DNA of 64,000 nucleotides from Candidatus Eiseniibacteriota bacterium (lineage in GTDB: Bacteria > Eisenbacteria > RBG-16-71-46 > CAVPCR01): positions 96,001-160,000 of the forward strand of contig CAVPCR010000003.1 of NCBI GenBank assembly GCA_963702435.1. Direction: 5' to 3'. Within the stretch, counting starts at the first letter, position 1. Every line of letters begins with the position of its first letter. The notes beneath the pieces are model-generated. The model saw only the letters and a list, made by a program, of their open reading frames with translations, was not told the DNA's origin and ran no database searches. Of this stretch, positions 19,032-30,524 are shown piece after piece. Made by a program: the position numbers and the translations under genes.

Positions 19032-19301
19032 GGAATGGCCTCCTCACGTGAGCGACCTCACGCATGACACGCCTTGAACCATCGATGCACCGAAGACAGA
19101 TGACAGGTGGCGGGGCGGGCCACCCGCGAACGCGGCCCGAGCGGGCGGGACCACCGGGCCGGGGGGCGGGTCCGGCGGCATCCCGGACGGCGCGCGGTAT
19201 CCCCCGGCGGCGGGCGAGGGAGGCGAGGCCCTCGACACGACGGAAAGGCGCCCGTCACCGGGCCCACGCGGGTGGGCACGCCGGTGCGGGATGCGGGGCG
19301 G

Positions 19302-19376
19302 GGCGAAACGAATGCGGACGTTATCGTCCTCCTCGGCAGTCGTCGCGTGGGGCAGCGAAACGCCGATCGCTTCACC
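19302..19376 (-). ncRNA. Putative structured RNA / 5' leader upstream of the baeRF gene
   Basis: Starts just after a promoter. GGUGAAGCGA pairs with UCGUUUCGCC using two G-U pairs that only work on this strand. Confidence 0.45.
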
Positions 19377-19380
19377 TTCC

Positions 19381-19410
19381 ACGCTACTCCCGTTCGCCGA
19401 TCGATGTCAA
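19381..19410 (-). promoter_or_regulatory. Sigma70-type promoter ~350 nt upstream of baeRF
   Basis: TTGACA-18 nt-TAGCGT. Confidence 0.65.
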
Positions 19411-19504
19411 CGACCACAGGCTGTCCTTCCGGGGCATTCCCTTGCTTGGCAAGGGATTACCCGGCGCGATCGGCAGCGGTTCCGGGTTCCGGGCCGGCAC
19501 CGGT

Positions 19505-20491
19505 TCAGACGAGGCCGAGCTGTTCGTCCGGCACGGCGGTCCGGGCTGCGGCCGGTCGCCCCCGTTCCTTGAGAGGCGGCAGGACGAGACCGGGATGCGG
19601 GTCGTACGCCGGGGCGACGGCGGTTTCGGGGGTCGACGGCGGGGGCCAGAACGAAGCGAGGGGAATGCCCGGCGGCACACCGCTCGCCGGCTCGCCGGCG
19701 CCGGCCTGCGCCGGGCAGATCGAGCGGTAGGCACACCAGCGGCAGAGCGGCGATACGCGGGCCGGAAAGTGGTCGGCGGCGGTCGCGCGCTCGATACCGC
19801 GGATCGCCGTCGCGATCTCGGCGCGTTTCCCGGCGAGCCCGGCGGAACCGAGGCGCACGGTGATCCGCCGGCCGAAGGCGAGGAAGTGCCAGATGAGCTT
19901 CGCCTCCTCCTGCTCCGGCCAGCGCGCGCGGGCGCCGAGCTCGTAGATCGCGAGCTGCAGATCACCGAGGATCTCCTCCTTGCGCGGGAGGTAGGTCGAG
20001 GTCTTGTAGTCGTGGATCGCGAGGTGTCCGGAGTCCTCGATCGCCACGCGGTCGATCACGCCGGTGAGACGCGGACCGTCGGGCCCGGCGAGCGGGAATT
20101 CGATCTCCTCCTCGAGTCCGAGGGTGCGATCGGCCGCGAAGGGCCAGTTGCCGCGGTAGAACGTGGCCAGGCAGCGGCGGCCGAGGCGGTGGTAGTCGAG
20201 CGGCGTCGTCTCCGCCTTGACGACCGTGACCGCATCGTGCCACGCCCGCTCGAACGCGGCGTCGAAGAGCGCGAGGAGCTCGGGGAGCGCCGGCGGGCGC
20301 GGTTCGATCCCGAGCGCCCGGTAGAGGGCCTCGAGCACCTCGTGCACGCGCTTGCCGGCGAAGGCCTCGATCGACTCGACGGCGGTCGGAATCCGCTCGA
20401 TGTAGCGATACCGGAACTGCAGCGGGCACTTCTCGAAGGAGCGGAGTTTCGAGTACGAGTAGAACAATCGGCCCTCGCTGTCGACTGGCAA
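19505..20491 (-). CDS. PD-(D/E)XK RecB-family / Cas4-like nuclease with a four-Cys Fe-S motif
   Basis: YSYSKL..FEKCP, GKRVHEVLE, GVIDRV..IHDYKTS, QLAIY, LCRWCAYRSICP. Confidence 0.88.
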   Translation of the reverse strand: MPVDSEGRLFYSYSKLRSFEKCPLQFRYRYIERIPTAVESIEAFAGKRVHEVLEALYRALGIEPRPPALPELLALFDAAFERAWHDAVTVVKAETTPLDYHRLGRRCLATFYRGNWPFAADRTLGLEEEIEFPLAGPDGPRLTGVIDRVAIEDSGHLAIHDYKTSTYLPRKEEILGDLQLAIYELGARARWPEQEEAKLIWHFLAFGRRITVRLGSAGLAGKRAEIATAIRGIERATAADHFPARVSPLCRWCAYRSICPAQAGAGEPASGVPPGIPLASFWPPPSTPETAVAPAYDPHPGLVLPPLKERGRPAAARTAVPDEQLGLV

Positions 20492-20510
20492 CGGCGCGCC
20501 GGGCCGCCGC

Positions 20511-20574
20511 TTGACTTGAAGGGGTCTCCTGCTAGAATCCGATCACCCTATTCAAAACCTCGATGCACTGTCAA
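20511..20574. promoter_or_regulatory. Overlapping bidirectional promoters (nuclease / NYN gene)
   Basis: Plus strand: TTGACT-16-TAGAAT with extended TG. Minus strand: TTGACA(20574-20569)-18-TAGGGT(20550-20545). Confidence 0.6.
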
Positions 20575-20675
20575 CTTTCATCCTGTCCGTCCACCGCGCA
20601 GAATCGCCGAGCGGGCCGCGGGAGTCGTTGCCGGCCCGCCCCCACCTGCCGATGCGGGCCAGAAAGGAGCAACGC

Positions 20676-21494
20676 GTGCCCTCCCCGCTATCCGCCCAGC
20701 GTCTTGCTGTCTTCATCGACGTGCAGAATATCTACTATCCCGCCAAGAGCCTCGGCGACAAGGTCAACTTCCACTCCCTGCTCAAGCGCTTCTCGACCCG
20801 GCAGCTCATCCGCGCCATCGCCTACGTGGTCGAGGCCCCGGACGTCGATGTCACGCCCTTCGTGGTCGCGCTCCGCAATATCGGCTTCGAGGTGCGCACC
20901 AAGGCGATGAGGGTGTTCGACGACGGCACGAGGAAAGGTGACATCCATCTCATGCTCGCGCTCGATGCCATGAGCATCGCGGGCAACATCGATGTCGTCT
21001 GCCTGGTGACGGGCGACGGCGAGTACGTCGACCTCGTGCATCTCCTGCACGGCCGCGGCATCAAGGTCGAGGTGATGAGCTTCAAGGCCAACACCTCGGC
21101 CGAGCTGATCCGGGTCGCCGACGAGCACATCCCGATGAACGAGGAGTTCCTGCTCGGCCACGGTGCCCAGCGCGGCGAGGAGCGGCTCTCCGAGCGCGGG
21201 CGTGCTTTCGGCGAGGAGCGGCCGGCGCGGTCGCTTCCCTACCGCAGCGCCAGCGGGCGCGATCTCCGGTCGGCTCCCGCGCCGCGCCGCGACGACCGCT
21301 ACGCACCGCGGCCGCTCCGCGATGAGCGGTTGCCGCGGGAGGAGCGCCCCTATCGCGACGAGCGGCCGCCGTACCGGGACGAGCGCCCGGGACGGGACGA
21401 GCGGCTTCCCCTCCGCGGGGAGCGCGGCGCGCGTCTCGACGACGACGAGCGGCCCGCAAGGTCCGAGGCGGACGAGGAGAGCAGCGAGAGCTAG
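20676..21494 (+). CDS. NYN/LabA/DUF88-family PIN-like nuclease with an R/D/E/P-rich tail
   Basis: AVFIDVQNIYY, RAIAYVV, KGDIHLMLALDAM, LVTGDGEY..L...G.KVEV, TSAELIRVADE. AAAGGAG SD before GTG. Confidence 0.88.
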   Translation: MPSPLSAQRLAVFIDVQNIYYPAKSLGDKVNFHSLLKRFSTRQLIRAIAYVVEAPDVDVTPFVVALRNIGFEVRTKAMRVFDDGTRKGDIHLMLALDAMSIAGNIDVVCLVTGDGEYVDLVHLLHGRGIKVEVMSFKANTSAELIRVADEHIPMNEEFLLGHGAQRGEERLSERGRAFGEERPARSLPYRSASGRDLRSAPAPRRDDRYAPRPLRDERLPREERPYRDERPPYRDERPGRDERLPLRGERGARLDDDERPARSEADEESSES

Positions 21495-24376
21495 CTCCCG
21501 CCGCCGGCCGGGTCCGGCCGCACCGCTTGTCCCGCCGCCCGGTCCGGATCGACCGGCGCCGCCGCCTGGCCACGGGCGAGGAGCGCCTTCAGCGTGGCGA
21601 GGGTCGTGAGCCCCTCGATCGGCGTCAGCTGCTCCGGATCCAGCTCCCGGAGCGTCGAGAGAACGGCGCGCTCCGCCGCAGTCCGCGCCGGCTCGGTCGT
21701 GGATGCCTCGGGTGCCGCCCCCGCCCCCGCCCCGGCCCGGCGCGGCGCCCCCGCGGTGAAGAGCGAGAGCTGGGCGGGTTCCTCGCCGAGCCCACGGTCT
21801 CCCTCCTCGAGGAGCCGCAGCACCTCGCGGGCGCGCCGGAGGAGCGCCGGCGGGAGTCCGGCCAGCTGCGCGACGTGGATCCCGTACGAGCGGTCGGCTG
21901 CTCCGTCCACGATCCGCCGCAGGAAGCGCACCTCGTTCCCCTGCTCGCTGACCGCGACGTTCAGGTTCTTCACGTTCGGGAGCTCGCGGGCGAGCCGCGT
22001 GAGCTCGTGATAGTGCGTGGCGAAGAGCGTTCGCGGCGCTCCGCCGGCCAGGTCGTGCAGATACTCGGCGACCGCCCACGCGATCGAGAGGCCGTCATAG
22101 GTCGAGGTGCCGCGCCCCACCTCGTCGAGGAGGACGAGGCTGGCCCGCGTCGCCGCGCGCACGATGACCGCGGTCTCCGCCATCTCGACGAGAAAGGTGG
22201 ACTGTCCGCGCGCGATGCGGTCGGCGGCGCCGACCCGGGTGAAGATGCGGTCGGTGAGCGGGATGCGCGCCGCCGCGGCCGGCACGAAGCTCCCGGCCTG
22301 CGCCATGAGCGTGATGAGTCCGACCTGGCGGAGATACGTGGACTTTCCCGCCATGTTCGGTCCGGTGATGATGAGGACGTGCGCGCCGTCCTCCCCCACG
22401 CGCGTGTCGTTGGGCACGAAGGGCTCATCGAGGCGGAGCGCCTCGACCACCGGGTGGCGCCCGGCGGTGATGACGAGGGGGCCGGCGACGACGATCTCCG
22501 GGCGCACGTAGTCGCGCGCGCGCGCCACCTGGGCGAAGGCGGCCAGCGTGTCGGCGACCGCGATCGCGCGCGCCGTGGCGAGGAGACGGGGCACCTCGGC
22601 CGCCACCGCATCCCGGAGCTCGACGAAGAGCGCGTGCTCGAGGCGGGCCAGGCGCTCCTCGGCGCCGAGCACCTTGGCCTCCATCTCCTTGAGCTCGGGC
22701 GTCACGAAGCGTTCCGCGCCGACGAGCGTCTGCTTTCGGATGTAGTGCTCCGGCACCGCGCGGAGCTGGCCGCGCGTGACCTCGATGTAGTAGCCGAAGA
22801 CCCGGTTGAATCCGACCTTGAGGTTCGCGATCCCGCTCTTCGCCCGTTCCTCGCTCTCGAGCCCGGCGATCCACTGCTTCCCGCCCTTCGCCCCGGCGCG
22901 AATCTCATCCAGCTCGGGATGCACGCCGTCCTTGAAGAGGCCGCCTTCGGTCGTCGCGAGCGGGGGCTCCGGGACGAGCTCGCGGTCGATGCGGGCGGCG
23001 ATCTCCGGAAGCGGGTCGAGATCCGCGGCCAGCTCCGAGACGAGGAGCGGCGCGGGCGCGGCCGGCTCCGGCGCTCCTCCGGCGACGAGGGTCGCGATCG
23101 CCGCGCGGAGCGCCGGCACCCGGGCGAGCGAGTCGGCGACCGCGCGGAGCTCGCGCGCTCCGCTGCGCCCGCCCTCGATGCGGCCGGCGAGGCGCTCGAG
23201 ATCGCCGATCGCGCGGAGCTCCGCCTCGACGCGGCCGCGCGCCGCGTCGTCGCGGGCGAAGGCCTCGACCGCGGCGAGGCGGGCCGCGATCACCGGGAGC
23301 TCGCGGCTCGGCCGCGCGAGCCAGCGCCGGAGGAGGCGACCGCCCATGGCGGTCTGCGTCCGGTCGAGGACGCCGAGGAGCGTTCCGCGCGCGGGCTCGC
23401 CGCGCCGCGGGATCACGTCGAGATGCTGGAGTGTCGCCTCGTCGAGCGTCATGGCGCTCTGCGGCCGGAGACGGCGGAGCGCCGTGACGTGCCGGAGCGG
23501 GCTCTGCCGCATTGCGGCGAGGTACGCGAGGAGCGCCCCGGCCGCGGCGATGCCGGCGGCGAGATCGGCCACATCGAAGCCGTCGAGGGAGGCGGTCGCG
23601 AAGTGGCGGGTCAGGCGCTCGCGCGCGCTCGCGAGGTCGAACTCGGCGCTCGGGCGCACGGTGAGAAGCGGCGGCGTGCCGTCGACCGGGCTGCGGATCT
23701 CCTCCGGCGGCACGAGGCCCTCGGGCACGAGGAGCTCGGCCACGTGGAAGCCGGCGAGCTCCGTCGCGAGCCCGTCGCGATCGAATTCGCCGGCGAGGAA
23801 CTCGCCGGTAGATGCATCGGCGAGCGCGACGCCCCACGCCCCGCCGGGGCCCGGCTTGAGCGCGGCGAGGAAGGTGTTGGCGCGTTCCTCGAGCAGCGAT
23901 TCCGCGATCGCGGTGCCCGGCGTGATGAGCTCGGTCACCCGGCGCTCGACGAGGCCGCGGGCGAGCTTCGGATCCTCGACCTGATCGCAGATCGCGACGC
24001 GGTGCCCCTCCCGGACGAGCCGCGCGACGTAGGTGTCGAGCGCATGCCAGGGCACCCCGGCCATGGGAATGCCGGAGCGCTTGTCGCGAGAGGTGAGCGT
24101 CAACCCGAGAAGATCGGCGGCGAGGACGGCGTCGTCGTAGAAGAGCTCGTAGAAGTCGCCCATCCGGAAGAGGAGGAGCGCATCGGGATGCGACGCCTTG
24201 GCGGCCAGGTACTGGCGCATCATCGGCGTGAGCTCGCCGGCGGGAGCGGGCGGTCCGCCGGACGCGGCGGGCGATGGCGCGGCGGGCGATGATGCTGCGG
24301 GCGATGATGCGGCGGGCGATGATGCGGCGGGCGATGATGCGGCGCCCGGAGCGCGGGGCTCGGAGTCGGGGGACAC
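21491..24376 (-). CDS. mutS: DNA mismatch repair protein MutS
   Basis: LTPMMRQY, FRMGDFYELF, TGPNMAGKSTYLRQ, STFLVEM, LDEVGRGTST, FATHYHEL, SYGIHVAQLAG. Confidence 0.97.
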   Translation of the reverse strand: MSPDSEPRAPGAASSPAASSPAASSPAASSPAAPSPAASGGPPAPAGELTPMMRQYLAAKASHPDALLLFRMGDFYELFYDDAVLAADLLGLTLTSRDKRSGIPMAGVPWHALDTYVARLVREGHRVAICDQVEDPKLARGLVERRVTELITPGTAIAESLLEERANTFLAALKPGPGGAWGVALADASTGEFLAGEFDRDGLATELAGFHVAELLVPEGLVPPEEIRSPVDGTPPLLTVRPSAEFDLASARERLTRHFATASLDGFDVADLAAGIAAAGALLAYLAAMRQSPLRHVTALRRLRPQSAMTLDEATLQHLDVIPRRGEPARGTLLGVLDRTQTAMGGRLLRRWLARPSRELPVIAARLAAVEAFARDDAARGRVEAELRAIGDLERLAGRIEGGRSGARELRAVADSLARVPALRAAIATLVAGGAPEPAAPAPLLVSELAADLDPLPEIAARIDRELVPEPPLATTEGGLFKDGVHPELDEIRAGAKGGKQWIAGLESEERAKSGIANLKVGFNRVFGYYIEVTRGQLRAVPEHYIRKQTLVGAERFVTPELKEMEAKVLGAEERLARLEHALFVELRDAVAAEVPRLLATARAIAVADTLAAFAQVARARDYVRPEIVVAGPLVITAGRHPVVEALRLDEPFVPNDTRVGEDGAHVLIITGPNMAGKSTYLRQVGLITLMAQAGSFVPAAAARIPLTDRIFTRVGAADRIARGQSTFLVEMAETAVIVRAATRASLVLLDEVGRGTSTYDGLSIAWAVAEYLHDLAGGAPRTLFATHYHELTRLARELPNVKNLNVAVSEQGNEVRFLRRIVDGAADRSYGIHVAQLAGLPPALLRRAREVLRLLEEGDRGLGEEPAQLSLFTAGAPRRAGAGAGAAPEASTTEPARTAAERAVLSTLRELDPEQLTPIEGLTTLATLKALLARGQAAAPVDPDRAAGQAVRPDPAGGGS
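24263..24345. repeat. 15-bp tandem repeat (AASSP x4-5) in the MutS N-terminal extension
   Basis: gcggcgggcgatgat repeated with minor variants. Confidence 0.85.
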
Positions 24377-24389
24377 GGGGGCCGATCTC

Positions 24390-25475
24390 CTACGGCTCGA
24401 CGATGCGGAAGCTCACGCCGTGCTCGGCGTTGAGTCGGATCCCGGCCGCTGTCGCGGCCTCGCGGTCGGGGTAGTCGCCGGCCCGCACGCGGAAGTAAAC
24501 CCGCCCGCCGCGCGTCTCCTCCTCGATGCGCACCCCGGCGAGCCCCCAGGCCTCGAGGTGGGACGCCAGCTCACGCGCGTTCTCGCGGTCGCCGAAGGCG
24601 CCGAGCTGGAGGGTGAAGCGCCCGCTCGTGATCGCGGTGTCGGCCGGCGGCGCCGCCGGGGCGGTCGTCGTTCCGCGCGGCTCGGCCGGCGCACGAGGCG
24701 GCGTCTTCGCAGGTGCGCGGTCCTTTCGGGGCGCCCGCGCGGGCGCGGCCGGGCTCGGCGCCGGTTCGTCCCGTGGGGCCTCGCGGCGCAGGCGGTCGCG
24801 CGCGGCGGCCGCCTCGCTCGACTGGGGATAGTCGCGGGCCAGGGTGGCGGCGGCCGCTCTGGCGTCGGCCGGGCGGCCGAGCGCGTCGGCCACCCACATG
24901 AGCTGCGCGAGGGCGAGCGGCGTGTACGCGTCGGCCGTGCCGTGCGCGGCGATGTCGCGATAGATATCGGCGGCTCGTTCGGCCTTGCCCTGGAGGGCCA
25001 TGGCATCGGCGAGCCCGAGCTGCGCTTCGCTCGACCGGGGATCCTGCTTGAGCACCCCTTCGAACACGCGCGCGGCGAGTCCGCCCTCGCGTGCGCCGAG
25101 AAACGCGCGACCGCGCAGGCACTGCCGGCGCGTGAGCCCCGGTCCGGGTGCGACCGCGCCCGCCGCGCGCTCGAACTGGCGGGCGGCGGTCACGTATTCG
25201 CCGCGCGCATAGTAGTAGTGACCGAGGATCTCGGCGGCATCGCCGCTTCGCGGGTGGTTCTTGTACTCGGCGAGGAGAGTCTCCGCGGCGCGGCGTGCAG
25301 TCTCGGCGTCGCCCGTCGCATCGAGCGCGGCCACGAGATCGGGCGGCGGCTCCTTGCCGCGCGCGTCGGCCGGGACGGGCAGGGCGAGCGCGAGGAGAGC
25401 GACGGGAAGGAGGAGGACCGCCCGCGTGGCGGGGGTCCGGCGCCGCGCGCAACGCTTGAGGATCTCATTCATCAC
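24390..25475 (-). CDS. Exported TPR + SPOR domain protein
   Basis: Signal peptide, TPR-like helices, C-terminal FTLQLGAFGDRENA..YFRVRAGDYPDREAA (SPOR). Confidence 0.88.
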   Translation of the reverse strand: MMNEILKRCARRRTPATRAVLLLPVALLALALPVPADARGKEPPPDLVAALDATGDAETARRAAETLLAEYKNHPRSGDAAEILGHYYYARGEYVTAARQFERAAGAVAPGPGLTRRQCLRGRAFLGAREGGLAARVFEGVLKQDPRSSEAQLGLADAMALQGKAERAADIYRDIAAHGTADAYTPLALAQLMWVADALGRPADARAAAATLARDYPQSSEAAAARDRLRREAPRDEPAPSPAAPARAPRKDRAPAKTPPRAPAEPRGTTTAPAAPPADTAITSGRFTLQLGAFGDRENARELASHLEAWGLAGVRIEEETRGGRVYFRVRAGDYPDREAATAAGIRLNAEHGVSFRIVEP

Positions 25476-25627
25476 GGGCGCACCTTAGCATCGGATCCGC
25501 CGCTCGGTCCAGGCGGGCTCGGAGAACGCACGAGGCCGGACCCCCTCGCGGGGGCCCGGCCTCTGCGGATCGTTCGTGGCGGACCGATGGGCCGCCGGAT
25601 CGCCGGAACGCAGCGGCGCGGTCGAGC

Positions 25628-27699
<2,072 letters not shown>

Positions 27700-27736
27700 G
27701 AAAGTCGTGACCTCCTTGACCATCGAGATTGGCCGC

Positions 27737-29158
27737 CTAATGGCGGCGGGCGCGCGGATCGCCGACCGTCTTGAGCCGGGCAATCGCCGCCATCACGCCC
27801 GTCGAGTGCGCGCGCAACACGTCACGCCACTCGGGGCCATCCCCCATCGGGGGCGGCGCGAGCGGCTCGCCGAAGCGAACGATGATGGGCGTGCGGCGGA
27901 GGAAGGCCTGGCCGAGACGCAGGCTCCCCCCGATGTAGACCGGGATGATGGGAACCTGGGCCTCGGCGGCTAGCAGCGACACCCCAGGGCGTCCCTGGCC
28001 GAGCTCACCGGTCCGGATCCGCGTACCTTCGGGGAAGAGTAGCAGGCCGAAGCCCTGGCTGACGACATTCTTTGCGGTGTCGAGGGCCTGCCGGTCGAGG
28101 GTCTGGCGGTGGATGGGAAAGGCGCCGAGGGACCGGATCAGCTCCCGGAGGACAGGGGGCTCGAACAGCTCGCGCTTGGCCAGGTAGGCCAGCCGGCGGG
28201 GGCTCGAGCAACCGAGGATCGGCGGGTCGATGAAGGAGACGTGGTTTGCGGCCAGTATAAACCCTCCCCTGGCCGGAAGATGCTCGGTCCCATGAATGCG
28301 AAGCCCGAAGCAGAGCCGGCCGAGGAGGCGGACGGTCGACCAGGCGAAGAGGTAGAAACCGGTGCGCACCGGGGCCGGGGCGAGCGCGGGATTCGGGGCC
28401 GGGGCGGGTAGGGCTCGGGTCGCCGATCCTGGCCGGGCAGGATCGGCCCCGGTGCGCTCCCGCACCACGGCGATCACGCGGTCCACCTGCTCCTCGATCG
28501 AGAGCCCGCTCGTGTCTACGACGATCGCGTCGGGAGCGGTGCGGAGCGGGCTCTCCTCCCGTTCCACGTCGCGGCGATCGCGCTCCGCGATGAGCGCACG
28601 GAGTTCCTCGGGGGGCGGCGGCGCCGCGCCGCGCGCGGCGAGCTCGTGCCCGCGCCGCGCGGCGCGGGTGCCGAGATCGGCGTCGAGGTAGATCTTGACC
28701 GCCGCCGCGGGCAGGACGACGGTGCCGATGTCGCGTCCTTCCATCACCACGCCGCGATCGCGGGCGAGCTCGCGCTGGCGATCGACGAGATAGGTGCGGA
28801 CCGCGCGGAGCGGCGCGATGAGCGAGGCGAGGTGTCCGACGCGCTCATCGCGGAGCGCCGACGTCACGTCCTCGCCGTCGAGGACGACCGCGGTCTCCCC
28901 CGCCGCACGGGTCGCGAGATCGATCGTCGTCCGCGGCAGGATGTCGGCCAGGGCGCGCTCGAGGGCGGGGAACTCCTCGCTCCCCCGCCCCTCGCGCAGG
29001 AGCTTGAGCGCGAGCGCCCGGTACATGGCGCCCGAGTCCACGTAGAGGAGGCCGAGGCGGCGGGCGACGGCGCGCGCGGTCGTCGACTTGCCGGCGGCCG
29101 CCGGGCCGTCGATGGCGATCGCGAGCGGCGGCTCGGCGGCACGCGGCGCATCCATCAT
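27737..29158 (-). CDS. cmk: Cytidylate kinase fused to 1-acyl-sn-glycerol-3-phosphate acyltransferase (Cmk-PlsC)
   Basis: IAIDGPAAAGKST, DSGAMYR, VMEGRDIGTVV, Pro/Ala linker, then ANHVSFIDPP and FPEGTR in one frame. Confidence 0.9.
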   Translation of the reverse strand: MMDAPRAAEPPLAIAIDGPAAAGKSTTARAVARRLGLLYVDSGAMYRALALKLLREGRGSEEFPALERALADILPRTTIDLATRAAGETAVVLDGEDVTSALRDERVGHLASLIAPLRAVRTYLVDRQRELARDRGVVMEGRDIGTVVLPAAAVKIYLDADLGTRAARRGHELAARGAAPPPPEELRALIAERDRRDVEREESPLRTAPDAIVVDTSGLSIEEQVDRVIAVVRERTGADPARPGSATRALPAPAPNPALAPAPVRTGFYLFAWSTVRLLGRLCFGLRIHGTEHLPARGGFILAANHVSFIDPPILGCSSPRRLAYLAKRELFEPPVLRELIRSLGAFPIHRQTLDRQALDTAKNVVSQGFGLLLFPEGTRIRTGELGQGRPGVSLLAAEAQVPIIPVYIGGSLRLGQAFLRRTPIIVRFGEPLAPPPMGDGPEWRDVLRAHSTGVMAAIARLKTVGDPRARRH

Positions 29159-29168
29159 CTCGCCCTCG

Positions 29169-30522
29169 CTAGCGGCGCGCGCGGGCGCCGCCGATCTGCT
29201 CGGCGAACCCCGGGAACGAGGTGGGGATGCCCTGTGCTCCGCGGATCTCGAGCGGGGCGGCGGCGCCGAGGGCGAGAACGGCCATGGCCATCGCGATGCG
29301 ATGATCCCCGCGCGCGTCCACGGTCGCGCCCTGCGGGCGGAGGCCGCCGTGGACGAGGAATCCCTCGGCCCGCTCCTCGACGCGAACGCCGGCGGCCGCG
29401 AGGCCGCGGCACAGGAGCTCGATGCGGTCGGACTCCTTGACCCGGAGCTCCCCTGCATCGGCGACCGTTGTCGTGCCCTCGGCGAAGGCCGCGGCCACCG
29501 CGAGGATCGGCAGCTCGTCGATCAGCGTGGGGATGCGGGCGCCGTCGAGCCCGATCCCGCGGAGCCGGCTCGAGCGGGCGACGATGGTCGCCGTCGGCTC
29601 GAGTCCGTCGTCGGTGAGTCCGCGCACCTCGATCGCGCCGCCCATCTCGATGAGCGCATCGATCGCGCCGCGCCGGGTCGGGTTCATCGCCACGCGCTCG
29701 ATCGTCACCTCCGAGTCCGGGAGGATCAGCGCGGCGACGACGAAGAAGGCGGCGGCCGAGGGATCGCCCGGCACCTCGATCGTGGTCGCCGTGAGCCTCG
29801 TTCCCGCCCTCGACGCTCACCGCGGTCTCGGCGGCGGCGCTGCCGGCACCGCCGCCGTCAGCCCCGGGCTCGACCGCGACCGGAGCGCCGAAGGCGCGGA
29901 GCATCCGCTCGGTGTGATCGCGGCTGGCAACCGATTCGCGCACGGTCGTGCGCCCGCTCGCGCGGAGCCCGGCGAGGAGCAGCGCCGACTTGACCTGGGC
30001 GCTCGCCACCGGCAGGCGGTAGTCGAGCCCGCGAAGGCTCGCGCCACGGACGACGAGCGGAGCCCGCCCCTCTGCGCGCGACAGCACGCGGGCGCCCATG
30101 CGCTCGAGGGGCTCGATGACGCGCGCCATGGGCCGCGCGCGCAGCGACGCATCCCCGGTCAGGACGGCGAGGCCCGGCCCGGCGGCCAGGATCCCGGCGA
30201 GGAGACGCATCGTGGTGCCGGAGTTGCCGCAGTCGATCACCTGCTCGGGCTCGGCGGTCTCCCCCGCCACTCCCTCGATCTCGGTGAGCGGACCGCCGCC
30301 CGCGACGCGCGCGCCGAGGAGCGCGACGGCGGCGAGGCTCGCCGCGCAGTCGTGGCCGGGGTTCGCGTTGAGGATGCGGGTCGTGCCGCGCGCGAGCCCG
30401 CCGAGGAGGACGGCGCGATGGGTGATCGACTTGTCCCCGGGCACGATAAATGTGCCGCGGAGGTTCTTCTGCGGCTCGACGCGGAGGAGATCGGCCGGGC
30501 GTGACGCGGGCAAGGGATGCAC
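29169..30522 (-). CDS. aroA: EPSP synthase, one apparent frameshift at ~29803
   Basis: VPGDKSITHRA, DCGNSGTTMRL, ASAQVKSA, RDHTERM in one frame. VPGDPSAAAF, LIDELP, ELRVKESDR, DHRIAM in the next frame. Confidence 0.93.
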
Positions 30523-30524
30523 GA

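Noticed and set aside
19225..19260. Known riboswitch (e.g. c-di-GMP) around GACGGAAAGGCGCCCGTC
   Set aside because: The consensus elements of known classes are not recognisable, and this reading is on the wrong strand for the downstream gene.
19505..20491. Cas4-like gene as evidence of a CRISPR-Cas locus
   Set aside because: No other cas genes and no repeat-spacer array in the window. Stand-alone RecB-family nucleases are common.
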